Virus record (IMG/VR): IMGVR_UViG_3300042009_000026
Location: 224,001 to 288,000 of that record
Direction: 5' to 3' (one strand)
Length of the DNA: 64,000 nucleotides
Origin: a virus
Lineage: Duplodnaviria; Heunggongvirae; Uroviricota; Caudoviricetes
Below, in pieces: positions 27,824 through 36,947 of this stretch. Every line of letters starts with the position of its first letter. Within the stretch, counting starts at the first letter, position 1. The notes under the pieces were generated by a model, which saw only the letters and a list, made by a program, of their open reading frames with translations, made no database searches and was not told where the DNA came from. The translations under genes and the position numbers were made by a program.

Positions 27824-28488
27824 ACGAGGTTATTCCTCAGCATCATTGACGATAGGTATACCGACAACGTTTTGTTGGATTTAACAATACTCGGTGTCTC
27901 AGCCATAATCGAAGTCAACGAAGCTTCACCCGTTTCCATGATCTGTCGGTTCATCTGATTATAAGCCTCAGCGTCACCACCACGGAACTTAACGAGTTCG
28001 AGTACCGCTGTGTTAAGACCTTTCGAAACGTTAACCTGAATCTCAGGACCAGACAACCGAGAACCTTTAGAATCACCGGAGGCTTGACCAGACCGTTCAT
28101 CCACTACGTGGTTAGAACCTGGAATAGAACGTTTCTTCGCGAGCATCTGAACTTGACGACGGAGTGGTAGCATACCGATCAAGTGTTTGTTTGGTGTTAA
28201 GTAAACTTGCCCTGTGGCCTGGTCTGTCAACTTGAGTTGTTGGAACAGTTCAAAACCTAGAGCTTCGGCTACTTTGTAGTTACGTTCGATACTCAGCGTA
28301 ACAGCAGCCAAGTTAGGGGCGAACAATGTAACGTACTCTTTGCCTGATTCTAGATTATCAATCCAGGTGGCAAACTCAGCATCTGACATTCGCTTGAACA
28401 TATCGGCCAGGAGTTGCTTGTTAGGGCTTCCCGGCAAGAACATGTCGATGAAATGCAGTGCATCCTTTTCTGTTGCTTTGCGTGACAT
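27820..28488 (-). CDS. Virion RNA polymerase beta-subunit C-terminal polypeptide (phiKZ gp149-like)
   Basis: KKRS...DERSGQASGDSKGSRLSGPEIQ...LELVKFRGGD aligns by eye with the RpoB C-terminal K.HARS...QP..G...GGQR.GEME...QEML..KSDD region. Confidence 0.82.
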   Translation of the reverse strand: MSRKATEKDALHFIDMFLPGSPNKQLLADMFKRMSDAEFATWIDNLESGKEYVTLFAPNLAAVTLSIERNYKVAEALGFELFQQLKLTDQATGQVYLTPNKHLIGMLPLRRQVQMLAKKRSIPGSNHVVDERSGQASGDSKGSRLSGPEIQVNVSKGLNTAVLELVKFRGGDAEAYNQMNRQIMETGEASLTSIMAETPSIVKSNKTLSVYLSSMMLRNNLV

Positions 28489-28518
28489 CGTATTTCTCCA
28501 TTAATGAATACTATACGA

Positions 28519-28815
28519 TTAGAGAGGATAGATTGGTCTGGCGTCTGCCATTGCTGGTGGCAATCGATTCGCACTGAAGAATGGCAAGATCTGTGTGCGA
28601 TATGTAACGCACCATTGGTCTAGCGTGTAAGGACAATCCTTAATAAACCAGAACCGTGCCCAGTCAGCAGGATACTGTCGGAGAATGTCATTCATGAATT
28701 CAGACATTTCTAAAGTAGTAGTAAGTGGTGTAACCATGCGTCGATTGAGATCTTCAGCTAGTTCAGGGTCAACAGCACGGGTCATCTCGAAGATGAATTG
28801 ATTATAAGAGTTCAT
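28519..28815 (-). CDS. Hypothetical protein
   Basis: 98-aa ORF with a GGA RBS in a co-oriented cluster. Confidence 0.65.
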   Translation of the reverse strand: MNSYNQFIFEMTRAVDPELAEDLNRRMVTPLTTTLEMSEFMNDILRQYPADWARFWFIKDCPYTLDQWCVTYRTQILPFFSANRLPPAMADARPIYPL

Positions 28816-28831
28816 ACGTTGGTCCAGTTAA

Positions 28832-29176
28832 CTAAAGCTCACCGCAATAATTAACTTCTGTTATGTTTGATAGGAATTTGGTGATAAGATGTCGGTGGCA
28901 AAATGTGCCTTCCGGACAATAGCAACCGAATGCAATGTTCTCATGGCTTATCAACCAGTCAAAGAATTCTGGGTAATTGTCGTAACGCCATTCCAGCATC
29001 GCCATGTATTGAGCTTCATATTGCTCAGGAGTAATGCGTTTACTTTTAACGTCCATCACGATCTGCCAAGTGGGGGCTAATTGCCACATACCTGACTTGA
29101 CAGTTGTATCGTAATAAGGAACATTATTAAAGAGTAAGTTCTCCAACTTACCCAACTGAAATGTGTATACGTTCAT
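28832..29176 (-). CDS. DUF488-like protein
   Basis: LAPTW...Y...Y and GCYCPEGTFCHRH motifs typical of DUF488/YeaO-like proteins. Confidence 0.7.
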   Translation of the reverse strand: MNVYTFQLGKLENLLFNNVPYYDTTVKSGMWQLAPTWQIVMDVKSKRITPEQYEAQYMAMLEWRYDNYPEFFDWLISHENIAFGCYCPEGTFCHRHLITKFLSNITEVNYCGEL

Positions 29177-29177
29177 T

Positions 29178-29480
29178 TTATTTACGTGTCGTGATGTTGA
29201 TTGTGTTATTGACTACATGCACTGAAACATCCATTGGTGCATTAATGATTACCTCGCTATTACTGTCAACAGAGATAGCGATCTTTTGACTCTCGAAATA
29301 ATAACGTCCGAACCCAGCGACTTTAGGTGGAGCTGGAGGAGCAACCTTAGGTAATGGGTTGCGTGCAGCTATACGTGCTGGTTCATGTGGACAATTAGGT
29401 TTTAGACAACCTTCAACATTAATGGCGAATTCACATCGATGTTTCCACCACCATTGCTTTAACAACGTAAACAAACTCAT
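29178..29480 (-). CDS. Small hypothetical protein with Cys motif
   Basis: GAGG RBS and ATGA overlap. Contains CLKPNCPHEP. Confidence 0.6.
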   Translation of the reverse strand: MSLFTLLKQWWWKHRCEFAINVEGCLKPNCPHEPARIAARNPLPKVAPPAPPKVAGFGRYYFESQKIAISVDSNSEVIINAPMDVSVHVVNNTINITTRK

Positions 29481-29680
29481 TTGGTTTCCTCTTGGCGCGC
29501 TGCGCGATATCTACGGATGAACTCTTCACCCCTAGTCGGATTTCTTTTGCATTTAGGATGTTCACAATGAAACGTAGCAGGTGCATTCACATTACACCTA
29601 CAAATGCCAGAGAAAGCATCAGGCACAATAAGTGCCCTCAGCGTAATTACGTCCCAGACACGCCAAAGGAAATTACCCAT
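29477..29680 (-). CDS. Small Cys/His-rich hypothetical protein
   Basis: Start overlaps the uvsX stop. CRC...HCEHPKC. Confidence 0.55.
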   Translation of the reverse strand: MGNFLWRVWDVITLRALIVPDAFSGICRCNVNAPATFHCEHPKCKRNPTRGEEFIRRYRAARQEETK

Positions 29681-31091
29681 TGGTTACTTCCAGAGGAACG
29701 ATCTTGGCTTTGTCTTCTTTAGACATCCAGTAAGGTTTGTACTCGAAGCGCAACATGCGGATCAAGTCCATAGTTGACAAGAACTTCTTCTCGCACAGGT
29801 GTTCTTCTTCTTTAACCATCCAATAGCCACGAGTACCCAACAGGACTTCCCAATCGTAGCCCATCTTCACCAAGCCTTCATACAGAGCCGCTGGAGTAGG
29901 TACGTCGAGTTTACGTTGGAACTGGATGAGTTGTAGCATCTCAGATTGAATCTCTACTGCACGACGCAGGAGAGGATCACCGTTAAGCTTCTGCCGTACT
30001 TTGGTACGAGACAGAGCGACGTTAGGACGCAGTTCAACGAAATAGTTCTGTACGTTACCACCGATACCGAAACCATTCTCTTTGCAGTAGTGGAATTCAG
30101 TCAGTGCTGGCAGTACGCCTTCGGATTGCGCAACGATGATCGGGAACAACAAATCAGAGATGCCGCCTTTCGAACGCAGGTTCTTAACTTCCAAAATACG
30201 GAGGTCCGAGTCACCCTGCATTGCGGTAGCGTTGTCTAATGGATAGACAGGCATCTTATCATTGTTCAGTAGTACCTTGTTCGATACGACGTCCCACACG
30301 TTGTTAGGCAGCGAATAGAAACCAGACGATACGCCTTTCAACACGGTATCTTTCTTCATACCGGTCAAGTTACGTTTATCGGTAGGGTACATGTCCATGT
30401 TGATGATGTCACCAACGTGAGCTGTCAAGATGAAATGCGTACCAGTTTTAGCAGCTACCTGAGGCAGTTGGTTAAACAGTTGGTTCTTCGCCTTACCGTT
30501 CGTCATTGCATCGGTGTTGTTCTTGCCATCACCGATCTTGTTCTTGGCGTACATGTCATCAACAGCAGACACGATAAACTTAGAGAAGCTATCGATGAAT
30601 GCAGTGGTTGGCTGTAAGCAGACTTTATGCTTCTTGTCTTTATCAACAAACGGAGTAGTTCTGATGTGCTTCTTCGGATCTTTAGCCTTCTCGTCTAGAG
30701 ACTTACGAAGTTGGAAAAAGAACTCATCGCCAGTGTACTGAGACAAGTCAGTAAACATGAATTGTGGATCATCGTTGAAATCAATTGCTGCGATCTCATC
30801 GAAGTGTTTAGCTACAGCAGAGAAGCGTGCAACTGGATTCAATGTACCTTCTGTGTCATAGACCATCGAGTGGGAACCAGGCATTGCCCGTCGGACCATC
30901 GATAACATGTAAACACCAATAGCCGTTTTGAAGTTGTTTGGTCGAGATACAATCCCATTCAAAGCCCCCAGACCACCGTTGAGGATCATCTCCCCGTGTT
31001 CACCCTCTTCATAATGACCAGACGAAATGTCCATCAAACAGCCGACGTTTACCGCCGGTCGGAATGACGGCTTCTTAAACTCTTGAAACAT
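29673..31091 (-). CDS. uvsX: UvsX/RecA-like recombinase (phiKZ gp152-like)
   Basis: Variant Walker A GIVSRPNNFKT, YDTEG catalytic Glu, Walker B FIDS, ILTAHV and KNLRSK motifs. GAGG RBS. Confidence 0.85.
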   Translation of the reverse strand: MFQEFKKPSFRPAVNVGCLMDISSGHYEEGEHGEMILNGGLGALNGIVSRPNNFKTAIGVYMLSMVRRAMPGSHSMVYDTEGTLNPVARFSAVAKHFDEIAAIDFNDDPQFMFTDLSQYTGDEFFFQLRKSLDEKAKDPKKHIRTTPFVDKDKKHKVCLQPTTAFIDSFSKFIVSAVDDMYAKNKIGDGKNNTDAMTNGKAKNQLFNQLPQVAAKTGTHFILTAHVGDIINMDMYPTDKRNLTGMKKDTVLKGVSSGFYSLPNNVWDVVSNKVLLNNDKMPVYPLDNATAMQGDSDLRILEVKNLRSKGGISDLLFPIIVAQSEGVLPALTEFHYCKENGFGIGGNVQNYFVELRPNVALSRTKVRQKLNGDPLLRRAVEIQSEMLQLIQFQRKLDVPTPAALYEGLVKMGYDWEVLLGTRGYWMVKEEEHLCEKKFLSTMDLIRMLRFEYKPYWMSKEDKAKIVPLEVTNG

Positions 31092-31191
31092 GGTATTTCC
31101 TCTTTGATGTTATAGTACAATCACTTAATTGAGTTCAAGCGTAATTTTATGTCTAGACTTCAAGAATCATTAACACAACAAGGTAGCTACC

Positions 31192-32058
31192 ATGTCCCTC
31201 TTTACTCGTTATGGCGACAACGCAGTTGTATCCAATGAATCAGTCGGTGCTCCAACCGTTGATCCGATCCGTCAGTTTTATTTCGCTTGTGAAAGCATTT
31301 CCATGGAAGCTGCCGAGATGGGTTCCATTGCCGGTTGGTTTGCTCGCATGGGTTCCAACGTATCAATGGCAGTTAAACGTGGCTTCGAATTGATGACCAC
31401 TTATGACTGGGCGCCACTGACCACTCTCTATCCTTCCAACATGAACACAGTAATGCGTTCACTGGATTACATGGAGATCCAATCTAAGCCTGTGTCACAA
31501 CCACGTGGGTTCTCTGGTAACCTGCATGACTACGTGATTGGTTTAGCTCCTCGTATTCAATTGGCATGTGCTATCAAAGCAAATGTTATTGATCCAGCTA
31601 TTCAACGGTTAGGTCACTATGTTACCAATCCAGGTGAACGTGGCGATCGTCGTGACTTCCCAGGTGGTGCAGCTGATATCGGCCAATTGGCTAAACTGTT
31701 AGCAGAAGAAGCAAAGTACTTTAAAGGTGGTTCTGATGCTACTGCTTCGTTTGGTCAACTGTTCTCAAACAATGCTGAATTCGTTAAAGCTGAATTCCAA
31801 ATGGTCGAGTATGGCAAACTGTTAGCTCAGACGCCTCCATCGGCTGTTAAAGCATCGGTAGAACAATTGTCAGCCGTTGCCCAAGGTTTGTTTAAATCGT
31901 TGTCCTCAGAGCGTGACCCTGCGTCTAAGCAACTGATCCAGACAATCGGTAATGAACTGGTAGCCGTAGCTAAGTGGGTTGAATGGTATGCTGTTCAAAT
32001 CACTCGCTTAACTGAAACCAATGCTGTGTTCGCACAGCTTGAGCGTGAACTCCGCTGA
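31192..32058 (+). CDS. Virion head protein (phiKZ gp153-like) with a protease-cleaved propeptide
   Basis: N-terminal S-x-E motifs (VSNE, ISME). Lies between uvsX and RNase H. Confidence 0.65.
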   Translation: MSLFTRYGDNAVVSNESVGAPTVDPIRQFYFACESISMEAAEMGSIAGWFARMGSNVSMAVKRGFELMTTYDWAPLTTLYPSNMNTVMRSLDYMEIQSKPVSQPRGFSGNLHDYVIGLAPRIQLACAIKANVIDPAIQRLGHYVTNPGERGDRRDFPGGAADIGQLAKLLAEEAKYFKGGSDATASFGQLFSNNAEFVKAEFQMVEYGKLLAQTPPSAVKASVEQLSAVAQGLFKSLSSERDPASKQLIQTIGNELVAVAKWVEWYAVQITRLTETNAVFAQLERELR

Positions 32059-32061
32059 AGG

Positions 32062-32093
32062 CATAAAGGCTTCCCCTAGGGGAAGCCAATATG
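32062..32093. terminator. Bidirectional CATA-hairpin-TATG element
   Basis: CATAAA-GGCTTCCC-CTAG-GGGAAGCC-AATATG between convergent genes. Confidence 0.75.
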
Positions 32094-32096
32094 TCG

Positions 32097-32510
32097 TTAT
32101 GCGATAACTACAGGAGACGCACAGATTGCAAACACCCGTTGAATATCATTGCGGAAAGTATCTTCATCAGAGTAACGCAGCCAGCAAGGGATTGCCTTAC
32201 GAATGCGATTCCATCCACAGTCCGGGGAGCTTTTGGCTTCATTTAGACTTGGGATGTCCCTTAAACAATGATCCGCAATGCAAGTAGGAAACTTCAATGC
32301 ATTACCATCACGTACGAGGCACATCTGATCATTCAGTGCCATGGCTTTGCCGTACCGTTCACGAACGACATCACCGCCGACCCACTTAGAGTGGATGATG
32401 GCTAACACACACATCCGTTTAAAATCATTGTCAAGCTTGGCGCAGAAGCGCAACCCGATTCTTGTGAAGAACCGAGCAATGACTTTCTGGAGATAGGTTA
32501 GTAGTTTCAT
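32097..32510 (-). CDS. Hypothetical protein
   Basis: The start is probably ATG 32510 (MKLLTYLQ), 10 nt after the RNase H stop, rather than inside the RNase H gene. Confidence 0.65.
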   Translation of the reverse strand: MKLLTYLQKVIARFFTRIGLRFCAKLDNDFKRMCVLAIIHSKWVGGDVVRERYGKAMALNDQMCLVRDGNALKFPTCIADHCLRDIPSLNEAKSSPDCGWNRIRKAIPCWLRYSDEDTFRNDIQRVFAICASPVVIA

Positions 32511-32520
32511 GGAATACCCG

Positions 32521-33969
32521 CTATTTAGGTAGAATGAACTGCGTATACGGACTCTGGTAAATTGCAGACCCTTCATCCGTCATGAACACAGTCGCGTATG
32601 TGTAGGCACGAGGCCCAACAGCAATGACCAACACTTCTACCTTCGTAAACCCAGCACCAATTCGATTAAGCTGGTTGCGAGTTGGAATGTCCAACCCTAG
32701 GCACAGCTTAAGTTCCACGTCTTGCCCGCGAAACTTAATCTTCGGATTAATCGACTCAGTGTTCTGAGTAATCGATTTCAGAAGTTGTCGGATCTCTTTT
32801 TTCCCAGACGAGACCTGTTCGAAAAATGCGGATGTAATTTCATATGTTTCAACCCCATCACCTAAGTTCCCTGTTAGGTAATCATCCAGTTGTCGCTGGA
32901 GCTGCTGGAATGTCGCTACGGCATCGTTTGCCCGTCGCGGAGGGTTGAGGGTACGGCTAACCAATTTATAATCGGCAGTCGACAATACCATGATGTCTGT
33001 ATGCTTCGACAACAGATCCGCGCTAGCCGATTCAATACGGTTACGGATTTGTGCGTTGAACACGTTCGACAGATTGAGAATCCCCAATTCAGGATTATCA
33101 CTCGGGAAACATGTTGCATGCATATTGATTACTGATTCCAGATAGGTATCTGGTTCGTAAGCTTTATAGACACCAAAGGTTGCTTCGCTGATAGGTCGTC
33201 CGATCAACAGATCAGCTTTCGCTAATTTATCTTTCGGTGTATCCTGCGGTTTAAAACCGTAGTTATGCATACGACCCAGGCTGTACATGTAATAGTAACC
33301 GTCTGGTTCTTCACCTGTATTAAACCCGAACAACAAACGTGATTCCAATACTAATGGATTCACTGGTTGTTTCTTCAGCTTGTTGACTTTCTCGCCTTCT
33401 TGTTTGATTTCTACCGGCGCGGATTTGACTTCATGTCCTGCACCCAATAAAGCATTCGCATCAGCTTTATCGTTACCCATGTCGCCGGAATGACCTTTAA
33501 CCCAAAAGAGGTCAAGCTTACGCTTAGGTTCTTCCCACGACGTCTTCAGTTCAACCAGACGTTTCCAATAGTCAACGTTTGCAACTGGCATCCCATCAGA
33601 TTTCACCCAATCATTTTTCGCCCACTTCGGAACGTACTGCGTCAGACCCTTACGAACATATTCGCTGTCCATTAACATGACCATCGATTTCGCAGGTGTC
33701 TTTAGTGCATATTCAAATGCACCAATCACAGCCCCTAGTTCACCCGTGTTATTCGTAGGGTTCTTCTCGATTGCACCATAAGCATCGATATACTCGATAA
33801 CCGAAACTGTTTCGGCAGCTGGTACATCTTTATACCCTTTCGCTGTCGGTTGTTGTTTCGTCGCTGCTTTAGACGTCATGGCAACGTTGCTATAGGTGTA
33901 ACCGTGAATACCCCAACCTGCTTTATTCTGGCGGAATGAACCGTCAGTATAAAGAACAATACCATCCAT
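32521..33969 (-). CDS. rnhA: Ribonuclease HI with long C-terminal extension (phiKZ gp155-like)
   Basis: YTDGS, TNNTGEL, DSEYV, WVKGHSG..GNDKAD: the full RNase HI catalytic set. Confidence 0.92.
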   Translation of the reverse strand: MDGIVLYTDGSFRQNKAGWGIHGYTYSNVAMTSKAATKQQPTAKGYKDVPAAETVSVIEYIDAYGAIEKNPTNNTGELGAVIGAFEYALKTPAKSMVMLMDSEYVRKGLTQYVPKWAKNDWVKSDGMPVANVDYWKRLVELKTSWEEPKRKLDLFWVKGHSGDMGNDKADANALLGAGHEVKSAPVEIKQEGEKVNKLKKQPVNPLVLESRLLFGFNTGEEPDGYYYMYSLGRMHNYGFKPQDTPKDKLAKADLLIGRPISEATFGVYKAYEPDTYLESVINMHATCFPSDNPELGILNLSNVFNAQIRNRIESASADLLSKHTDIMVLSTADYKLVSRTLNPPRRANDAVATFQQLQRQLDDYLTGNLGDGVETYEITSAFFEQVSSGKKEIRQLLKSITQNTESINPKIKFRGQDVELKLCLGLDIPTRNQLNRIGAGFTKVEVLVIAVGPRAYTYATVFMTDEGSAIYQSPYTQFILPK

Positions 33970-34025
33970 TATGACGTCCTCTGAAGTAATAAAACTGTAC
34001 TAGATAATTAACCAGTCCAGTGTTT

Positions 34026-34430
34026 TTACTTACAGGACCTTTTCCATTCCTGATGAGCTTCAAAAATATCCTTGCGTTCTTGCTCGGCATACTTTTCTAA
34101 AGCTTTAATATGCGCTGTCAAAATCGCATCTTCATCAGGTTCACCGTTCGCTAAAGCTTCAGGACTACTGAATTTTGGACGTGATGGCATTTCACCAGCG
34201 GGGGGTAGAACGAAAGCCGCACATTTTGTACTTGGGGTTTGTACGGTCTTTCGCTTAACTACCTTGGCTGGTTTTTTAGCAGGGGTCTCTTTTATTGTTT
34301 TCGTTGACACTCTAGGAGTATTGGAGACTTTGCTGTCGTGAGTCTCAGTGATAAACACGAAACTTTTCGGCTGATTTAAAACACAACCACTACTCATTAC
34401 AAGTAGCAAAAATAATAAAACATAACGCAT
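34026..34430 (-). CDS. Lipoprotein, candidate o-spanin
   Basis: MRYVLLFLLLVMSSG-C lipobox-like signal, Pro/Lys-rich linker, extra Cys and a C-terminal helix. Confidence 0.55.
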   Translation of the reverse strand: MRYVLLFLLLVMSSGCVLNQPKSFVFITETHDSKVSNTPRVSTKTIKETPAKKPAKVVKRKTVQTPSTKCAAFVLPPAGEMPSRPKFSSPEALANGEPDEDAILTAHIKALEKYAEQERKDIFEAHQEWKRSCK

Positions 34431-34450
34431 GATATACTCCCATTGGTATT

Positions 34451-34738
34451 TTACTTGAGAAGCTCATCTAATCGCCGACGCCGGGCGTCGACATCAGGAG
34501 TGCTGTGAGTAGCCTTGAGGTCCTCCAGTTCCCGAACGATTGCATGTTTCTCAGCTTTAACAGCATCCAACTCGGAACTTACCCAGAAGATCGTAGCAAG
34601 CATAAGCATGATACAGAACAACATGAAAGTAATGTGCCGGTTTTCCAGCATAACCTCTTTAACAGCACGCTCACCGAAGATTGCACGCTTGAGGAAAGGC
34701 CACAAGGAGAGCAAGGCTTGAGTAGTTAGGGCGACCAT
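34451..34738 (-). CDS. Single-TM coiled-coil protein, candidate i-spanin
   Basis: TM segment ITFMLFCIMLMLATIFWV followed by a heptad-rich tail. Immediately upstream of the lipoprotein. Confidence 0.5.
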   Translation of the reverse strand: MVALTTQALLSLWPFLKRAIFGERAVKEVMLENRHITFMLFCIMLMLATIFWVSSELDAVKAEKHAIVRELEDLKATHSTPDVDARRRRLDELLK

Positions 34739-34936
34739 AATAACCTCTAGTCAATATACTAAACTACGCCTACCCGTTAACGCACTAACAGCGTTTCTAT
34801 CGCAAGACAGCTTTTAAAACGGTAGACAATCTTCCCGTGGGAACTCCCCACTCTACCATGACGTTTATCGTTAACACAAGCGGGACTATCAATTTTATAG
34901 ATGGCTTTACCATCGCCCGCTCATGAGGACCGTTAA

Positions 34937-36250
34937 ATGTATAACTTGAAAGGTTTCATTGGATACCCTTCCCTGGTCAGTAACGTACCTGACCAAGTCG
35001 CGAAATTTGGAGAACTGTCCAAGAACAGCTCCACTTACGCAAAAGATGTAACGACCCACACCAGCACGTCAGTACCGAATACGGTGTTCTTTTCCTTTCA
35101 TAGCGTAAGGGATGAAACTCCAGCAGATGTAGATCCAGCAACCAAGGACCTGGTCCTCAAGCTGTCTAAATATCTGTTGGATCAGGCAATTGCTGGTGCG
35201 ATTACACAAGATCCACAAGTCGTAAGACAAATGGTGCTGGCCGAATTCGGTCCACTGCTAGAAAGCTTCTCTACTGGTAAGATGCTTACTAACAACACAA
35301 TCTGGTTACCAGAGTTTGTTGTCTTTGAGATGTCTGCCCCTACTGAATCAAACCGCGTTCAGTTGTGGTATGCCGATGATAGCTTCTCTGGTCAGTATGA
35401 CGAATACGTCATTGAGATTGTTCATCCCCTGATTCCTTACGATGATTTCTTCAATGATCCTCTCGTTGTGATTCAAGCACTGAAAGATTACAACTTCGAT
35501 GAGAAGCTGGAAGAAGCACAGGTCATTCGTGCACAGTACCCGTACACCAACTTACGGTCGATGACTTACGATTACGTCCACCCGACTAATCCTACTATCC
35601 GACAACCTGCTCGTTGGCTTGCATTGCTCTATGGTATTGCTGCCGATAACCAAGACTTTATTAATGACAAGATCATTGCTGAGCTCTTGGCGAATTCTAC
35701 CCATACTCGTGAAGAGTGGGAAAAGATCTTACCTGACTTGTTCAAGAAGACTGAGTTCATCATTACCCCGTTCTGGGAAAACTATTCTGTACCGACTGGT
35801 ATTCTAGGTGCTGGTTTCTATAGCCCTACAATTGATCCACGGAAAGAACTACCGTTGCTCCGTCGTACTGCTCGTGGTCCTGGCTATACACAAGCCTGGG
35901 TTGATGCACAATACGAATTGTCTTCGCACACTTATAAGTCATTGGCATTCGGTGTACTGGGTAACCCACAGAACCGTGAAGGCGTTGTAAGATTTTCTGC
36001 TAAGTTCCCTGACTATCTATTGGTAACTAACGGCACTGCTGACTTTGACCGAGTCGATCCTTTGACTACTGGTGAATGGATGGTGTTGTTTGCTAAGTTG
36101 CTGAAAGAAGCAGAGACTATGGATCGCTACACTTCAGTACCTCTTGGTATTTCCCGTATGATTCGTGATGGTGTCGTTTACGCTACCGCCATGTTCCAAC
36201 GTGTGAACTATCTGGTTGTTACTAAGTCTTCCGTAGAAGAGTATACGTAA
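34937..36250 (+). CDS. Virion structural protein (phiKZ gp157-like)
   Basis: 437-aa ORF with GAGG RBS. The MY.LKGF...FGELS..S.TYAKD N-terminus and position are typical of phiKZ-like virion genes. Confidence 0.65.
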   Translation: MYNLKGFIGYPSLVSNVPDQVAKFGELSKNSSTYAKDVTTHTSTSVPNTVFFSFHSVRDETPADVDPATKDLVLKLSKYLLDQAIAGAITQDPQVVRQMVLAEFGPLLESFSTGKMLTNNTIWLPEFVVFEMSAPTESNRVQLWYADDSFSGQYDEYVIEIVHPLIPYDDFFNDPLVVIQALKDYNFDEKLEEAQVIRAQYPYTNLRSMTYDYVHPTNPTIRQPARWLALLYGIAADNQDFINDKIIAELLANSTHTREEWEKILPDLFKKTEFIITPFWENYSVPTGILGAGFYSPTIDPRKELPLLRRTARGPGYTQAWVDAQYELSSHTYKSLAFGVLGNPQNREGVVRFSAKFPDYLLVTNGTADFDRVDPLTTGEWMVLFAKLLKEAETMDRYTSVPLGISRMIRDGVVYATAMFQRVNYLVVTKSSVEEYT

Positions 36251-36272
36251 GGGGCCTTCGGGCTCCTTTATG
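36251..36272 (+). terminator. UUCG hairpin followed by TTTATG
   Basis: GGGGCC-TTCG-GGCTCC-TTTATG. Confidence 0.6.
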
Positions 36273-36311
36273 CCCAATCTGATGATCCCCTAATTAACAA
36301 AAGGCTGAGTC

Positions 36312-36935
36312 ATGGCTAGCGTAATCCCGCAAATCGGAATTAAAGGTCGATGGGAAGTCCGGAGTCCCTTCTCTACGAAACCAGGCCTTCTATATACCCT
36401 CGGTGCGATTCGTTCATTCATCGATATCGAGAACAACGGCGTAAACGTATTTGAAACGTATTACGGTTCCGTAGCTCTTACCCAGGCACAGTACAGTGAA
36501 GATCGCCGTAATGGTGTAATGCTCCTTACTCTGCTTTCCGACACAGATGCACCGCTATACATTCCATCGTCATTCATTACTGCATTTCCTTCATTGGACT
36601 CGGTAGCGTATCATCATTTGGTTTTGTCTGCATCCTGTGGCGCTTTACCCGTTACAATGTCATTAGATTTCTTGACGACCCAAGTCGCTAAAGTAATCTC
36701 TGATACCATCGGTGTGGTCCCAACTATTAATATTGGGATTGTACCTTTGTTAAGTGTTGTTACTCCTGAACAGCATGAAACAAATGAAGCGTTGCGTGAG
36801 GCGGCAATTTCTAACCGTACTACCGACTACGCTCGTCTCGCTGAAGAACAGCGTAAAAACGCTTTGCTTTCTCAACGCTTGGCAGTTGCCGAGAGTATCA
36901 TCAAGAAACTTAAAGACGAAGGTCTTATCCCTTAA
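36312..36935 (+). CDS. Hypothetical/virion protein
   Basis: 207-aa ORF with a C-terminal coiled coil. Confidence 0.7.
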   Translation: MASVIPQIGIKGRWEVRSPFSTKPGLLYTLGAIRSFIDIENNGVNVFETYYGSVALTQAQYSEDRRNGVMLLTLLSDTDAPLYIPSSFITAFPSLDSVAYHHLVLSASCGALPVTMSLDFLTTQVAKVISDTIGVVPTINIGIVPLLSVVTPEQHETNEALREAAISNRTTDYARLAEEQRKNALLSQRLAVAESIIKKLKDEGLIP

Positions 36936-36947
36936 CGGAGTTTAATA

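Noticed and set aside
31109-31138. Sigma70-like TTGAAC-N18-TATAAC upstream of uvsX (minus strand)
   Set aside because: AT-rich intergenic DNA gives such matches by chance, and phiKZ-like phages rely on their own RNAPs. Not supportable without TSS data.
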